DNA of 11,026 nucleotides, from the NCBI RefSeq assembly GCF_006345805.1, contig NW_021827172.1, positions 1 through 11,026 on the forward strand. Reading direction: 5' to 3'. Every line of letters begins with the position of its first letter. The stretch's first letter is position 1. Below the pieces are notes generated by a model. It saw nothing but the letters and a program-made list of their open reading frames with translations. It was not told the DNA's origin and did not search any database. Source of the stretch: Octopus sinensis (lineage: Eukaryota). A program made the translations under genes and the position numbers. This document shows, piece by piece, positions 7,629 through 11,026 of the stretch.

Positions 7629-7867
7629 TTTACGTTCTAACAGCAAAGACGGCAACAATGGTAGTGCGAAGTTGTGTCGACTCCACGTCATTGGTAAGCA
7701 TCAATACTGTGGAGACAGAAGACTTATATGCAAGAATAATGGCTATTCACACTCTAAAAGATCTTGTCTAGGCTTGCAATTATATGTGCAGAAGCAGGGT
7801 CCACTTCGGATGGCAGAGCTTTTACACTTTTGACAGCTGTTCTACTCTGGTTGATTGTATCAAAAGA

Positions 7868-8257
7868 CTAGCAATATCGCCCGGCGTTGCTCGGGTTTGT
7901 TTCAACCCTTCAAAATTAGAATTTTTGAAAAGTGAAAATTTTGCATTATGTAGCTTGTTATTCTCTTTAAGTGAACATTTTTCTGGTTGAAATACACCGA
8001 AAAATGGCGACACAGCAGTCAAAAAATCGTAAAAAATAGGGATTTTCATAGAAAAAAAGCACCTTTTTCATGTAAATGATTTTTGTGTTAACATGGTCCG
8101 ATTTTAATTTTTCAGCTACGGAATGAAGAGCAAGCCTTCTTATATCATACTCTCAATTTTGGTCAACTTGTGCTGCAGGGTCTCGGAGGAGATAGTGTTA
8201 GTTGAAGGCTACCAAACCTGCCATACACAGACAACTTCAGCCTTATATATAGAGAGA
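7868..8257 (-). mobile_element. Non-autonomous Helitron H3 (~390 bp), same family as H2
   Basis: Same termini as H2; about 93% identical to it by hand count (~25 substitutions, ~3 indels); flanks unrelated. Confidence 0.9.
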
Positions 8258-8611
8258 TTTATCGCTTGAAATGTATAGTAACCTGAAATAATTTTACACC
8301 AAGCGACAATGTGATGGATTTGTGCAAATGTTACTGTTTCTATTACTGTTTAGCACTGATGGCCTTTGAGCACGTAGATCTACAATCAAGAGCAATCCAC
8401 TGTGGGCATCCGTGGACATCTCCTCTTTCAAGATGGGATAGTCAAAGACTATAATATTCAATATAACTACCCTGTTTTTTCTAAATTAACAGTAAAACAG
8501 AACGGTACTATTTGGAAAATATTAGCTGCTATTTTTATCAATACAGAGCACCAAGTAGGAGGCTTCTACGTTGCAGTGTGGAATATCCATGATTTCTGAA
8601 TACTACCGTTT

Positions 8612-9018
8612 GTCACAGATGTGGATGTGTGGTAAGTAGCTTGCTTACCAACCACATGGTTCCGAGTTCAGTCCCACCGCGTAGCATCTTGCGCAAGTGT
8701 CTTCTACTATAGCCTCGAGCCAACCAAAGCCTTGTGAGTGGATTTGATAGACGTAAACTGAAAGAAGCCCGTCGTATATATGTATATGTATTTATATATA
8801 TCTGTGTGTGTTAGTGTATCTGTGTTTGTCCCCCACAACATCGCTTGACAACAGATGCTGGTGTGTTTACGTCCCCGTAACTCAGCGGTTCGGCAAAAGA
8901 ACTCGATAGAACAAGTACTAGGCTTACAAAGAATAAGTCCTGGGGTTCTTTTGCTCGATTAAAGGCGGTGCTCCAGCATGGCCGCAGTCAAATGACTGAA
9001 ACAAGTAAAAGAGAGAGT
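8612..9018 (+). mobile_element. SINE family A, full length
   Basis: Head, internal (TA)/(TG) tract and 3' module ending GACTGAAACAAGTAAAAGAGAGAGT are all present; no TSD found. Confidence 0.95.
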
Positions 9019-9033
9019 AATAAACATATTCTA

Positions 9034-9060
9034 TTATTATTATTATTATTATTATTATTA
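9034..9060. repeat. (ATT)n microsatellite
   Basis: About 9 units, direct reading. Confidence 0.95.
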
Positions 9061-9874
9061 CAAAAACAGTCATCCTTCTTTTTAATTTGCAATGTATGCC
9101 TATACATAACATTCTGCCGGAAAACAAGACAACCGAATTAAAATTAAAACAACGACAATCAGAAATTAATTAGTGTTGTGCGTGTTATTTTACTAGGGAT
9201 GAGTGATTAAAGAACATAATGAAATATTCAGAGCTCTAATGGCAAGTGATAATCTTTTAAATTAACGGATTATAACCAAAGCTGTTGATTTAATCAATGT
9301 ACTTTACGGATTAAACAATATTAAACCTGATTTTGACACAAGTGGAATTCAGAAATATTACATCGATTCTTTTAGAAAAATATGCGATATTATTTGCCTG
9401 ACTTGAATATTACGTTTTAGTCCATTATTTGATTGTAATCACATATATTGAAAAATATGGCAAGAAATTGAAGTAAAAAAAAAAAAAAGAAATTAAGCTA
9501 TAAAACAGAAAATCTTTTGCTGAGTCGCACGTCGGTATTATTTTCTACATTGGTTGAAAGAATTCTTTTCAACTCCAAATCTACAAGATTTTATTGTGTA
9601 TTTTGTAGTAGTAGAAAAAACTTGTAAAAAGCCTGTTTCTAAAAATAAATCTGGAATATCATATAAATATAGCAAAACTTAAACTTTGTTCTTGCCTAAA
9701 ATCTGTAGTCTTAATGAAGTTAGAGAAAAATCAGACTCCATAAAGAAATCTGGTTATCTAAAAAGGAAAAACTGAACAAACACGAGTGCTCTAAGTATTA
9801 TTGTTTTCTGGGAATGTTATTGCTCGGAAGGGGGCCTTCAAAATACTACCTAGCTAGATAGCTATCATACCAGC

Positions 9875-10065
9875 TGGCCAGCAATTTTGAGAAGGGGTTG
9901 ATTGATTACATCGACCCCAGTATAAAACAGCGACTTATTTTATCGCCGCCGAAAGGATGAAAGGCAAAGTCGACCACAGCGAGATTTGAACTTAGAACGT
10001 AAAGATGGCTGAAATAGCGCTAAGCATTTCGCCCGGTGTGTTAACTACTCTGTCGGCCCGCAGCC
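9875..10065 (-). mobile_element. tRNA-derived SINE family C
   Basis: Minus strand has B-box-like AGTTCAAATCT followed by GGTCGACTTTGCCTTTCATCCTTTCGG; aligns with 6727-6894. Confidence 0.88.
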
Positions 10066-10654
10066 GTATGAAAATACAAATATTAGATTAAAGAAATGAA
10101 TTAAAGCAGAAAGGAAAAGACAAACGGTTTGGCACGACTTGACGAGGGTATTTAATTTAGATGTACCAAAATGTTCTGATCAAATCTTGGCCAAACCGCT
10201 TGCCTTTTCATTTCTGATGTAATCTATGTCTACCTGCTCAAAGGGACGCCACGTATAGCCACTTTCGAAAGCAGTCACAAAATCACGTGTTCAACTGTAG
10301 TTCAAACGAGAATTTTTGTGGCATATCTATTTGAACAGTAACATCGTTTACCTATTAGCTTGAGCCAGGCTGACGAAAACTCGTATCGTTCATAAAGAAA
10401 TAAATAGTCACCACCAGAGATTTAATTAGTTTAGTTCGTAAGATAAGATATAATAAAATTACCATTAATATCACAGTTAACTAATATATATAATTTTAGA
10501 TATAATTGTGGTTTACTCAGCGAAGTACGATATAAAAATGCTATTGTTGTTATTAGAGACTAAGTAGATATGGTCAGTGATATAACTACCTTTAAAGTCT
10601 CTTTTAAGTATATTCTGCTAATACAGAAAAATCAATATTTGTTCAAAACGAATG

Positions 10655-10823
10655 TGCATACACACAAACACACCTACTTATTGCACATTCATATAATCAC
10701 ACACAAACATACAGATATACACGCTCAAACATACATATACAAATTAATATATATATATATATATATATAGGTATTTTCTCTCTCTCTCTGTATATGTATG
10801 TATATATATGTGTGTGTGTATAT

Positions 10824-10882
<59 letters not shown>

Positions 10883-11026
10883 ATATATATATATATATAT
10901 TATATATATGCTCATACACACTCACATACATACATTGTGTTGAAAGATATGTACAATGTTTATGTTATATGTTTATAAATATATTGCGTACGTGTATACA
11001 TATACACATTATATATGTGTGTATAT
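10655..11026. repeat. Compound (CA)/(TA)/(CT)/(GT) low-complexity tract
   Basis: Direct reading; source of ORFs 10570..10770 and 10725..10931. Confidence 0.95.

Noticed and set aside
7772-7871. Possible terminal exon encoding a hydrophobic tail (RAFTLLTAVLLWLIVSKD*)
   Set aside because: Weak acceptor, the stop codon comes from the Helitron CTAG, and there is an in-frame stop just upstream.
8355-8415. Possible fragment of another octopus repeat
   Set aside because: Only a vague recollection, with no second copy in the window to support it.
2713-9127. Recurrent peptides such as FDCGHAGAPPL and MSGFGRRKLKEA
   Set aside because: They are SINE family A read in frame, not a protein family.
9553-9573. 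Short imperfect inverted repeats (here, ~7027-7081, ~10285-10340, ~10555-10602)
   Set aside because: Stems of 7 bp or less, or heavily bulged, are expected by chance in AT-rich DNA.
10165-10300. Protein-like minus-strand frame RDFVTAFESGYTWRPFEQ with a CAG|GTAGAC donor
   Set aside because: The nearest acceptor gives stops in all three frames; no recognisable homology.
1-11026. CRISPR array or prokaryotic system
   Set aside because: No regularly spaced repeat-spacer structure and no gene-dense coding; the sequence is eukaryotic repeat-rich DNA.

Overview
AT-rich, non-coding eukaryotic DNA, about 60% repeats by my hand tally. The repeat families match those I recall from octopus (coleoid cephalopod) genomes, so the taxon is inferred, not proven. 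I can support no host protein-coding gene; the listed ORFs are microsatellite or repeat read-throughs. Contents: 7 copies or fragments of a ~400-bp tRNA-headed SINE with an internal microsatellite (family A); 2 of a second SINE (family B, one with a 12-bp TSD); 3 of a third (family C); 3 non-autonomous Helitrons of ~390 bp; 2 decayed CR1-group LINE 3' fragments; many microsatellites; and 2 unexplained hairpins. The most interesting object is a 464-bp insertion (5568-6031) between exact 12-bp TSDs. It combines a tRNA-like Pol III head, an (AAT)n spacer, a decayed Penelope-type minimal hammerhead ribozyme and an inverted partial copy of its own 3' region, which suggests a ribozyme-bearing SINE mobilised by a Penelope-like element. 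A/B/C are my own labels.
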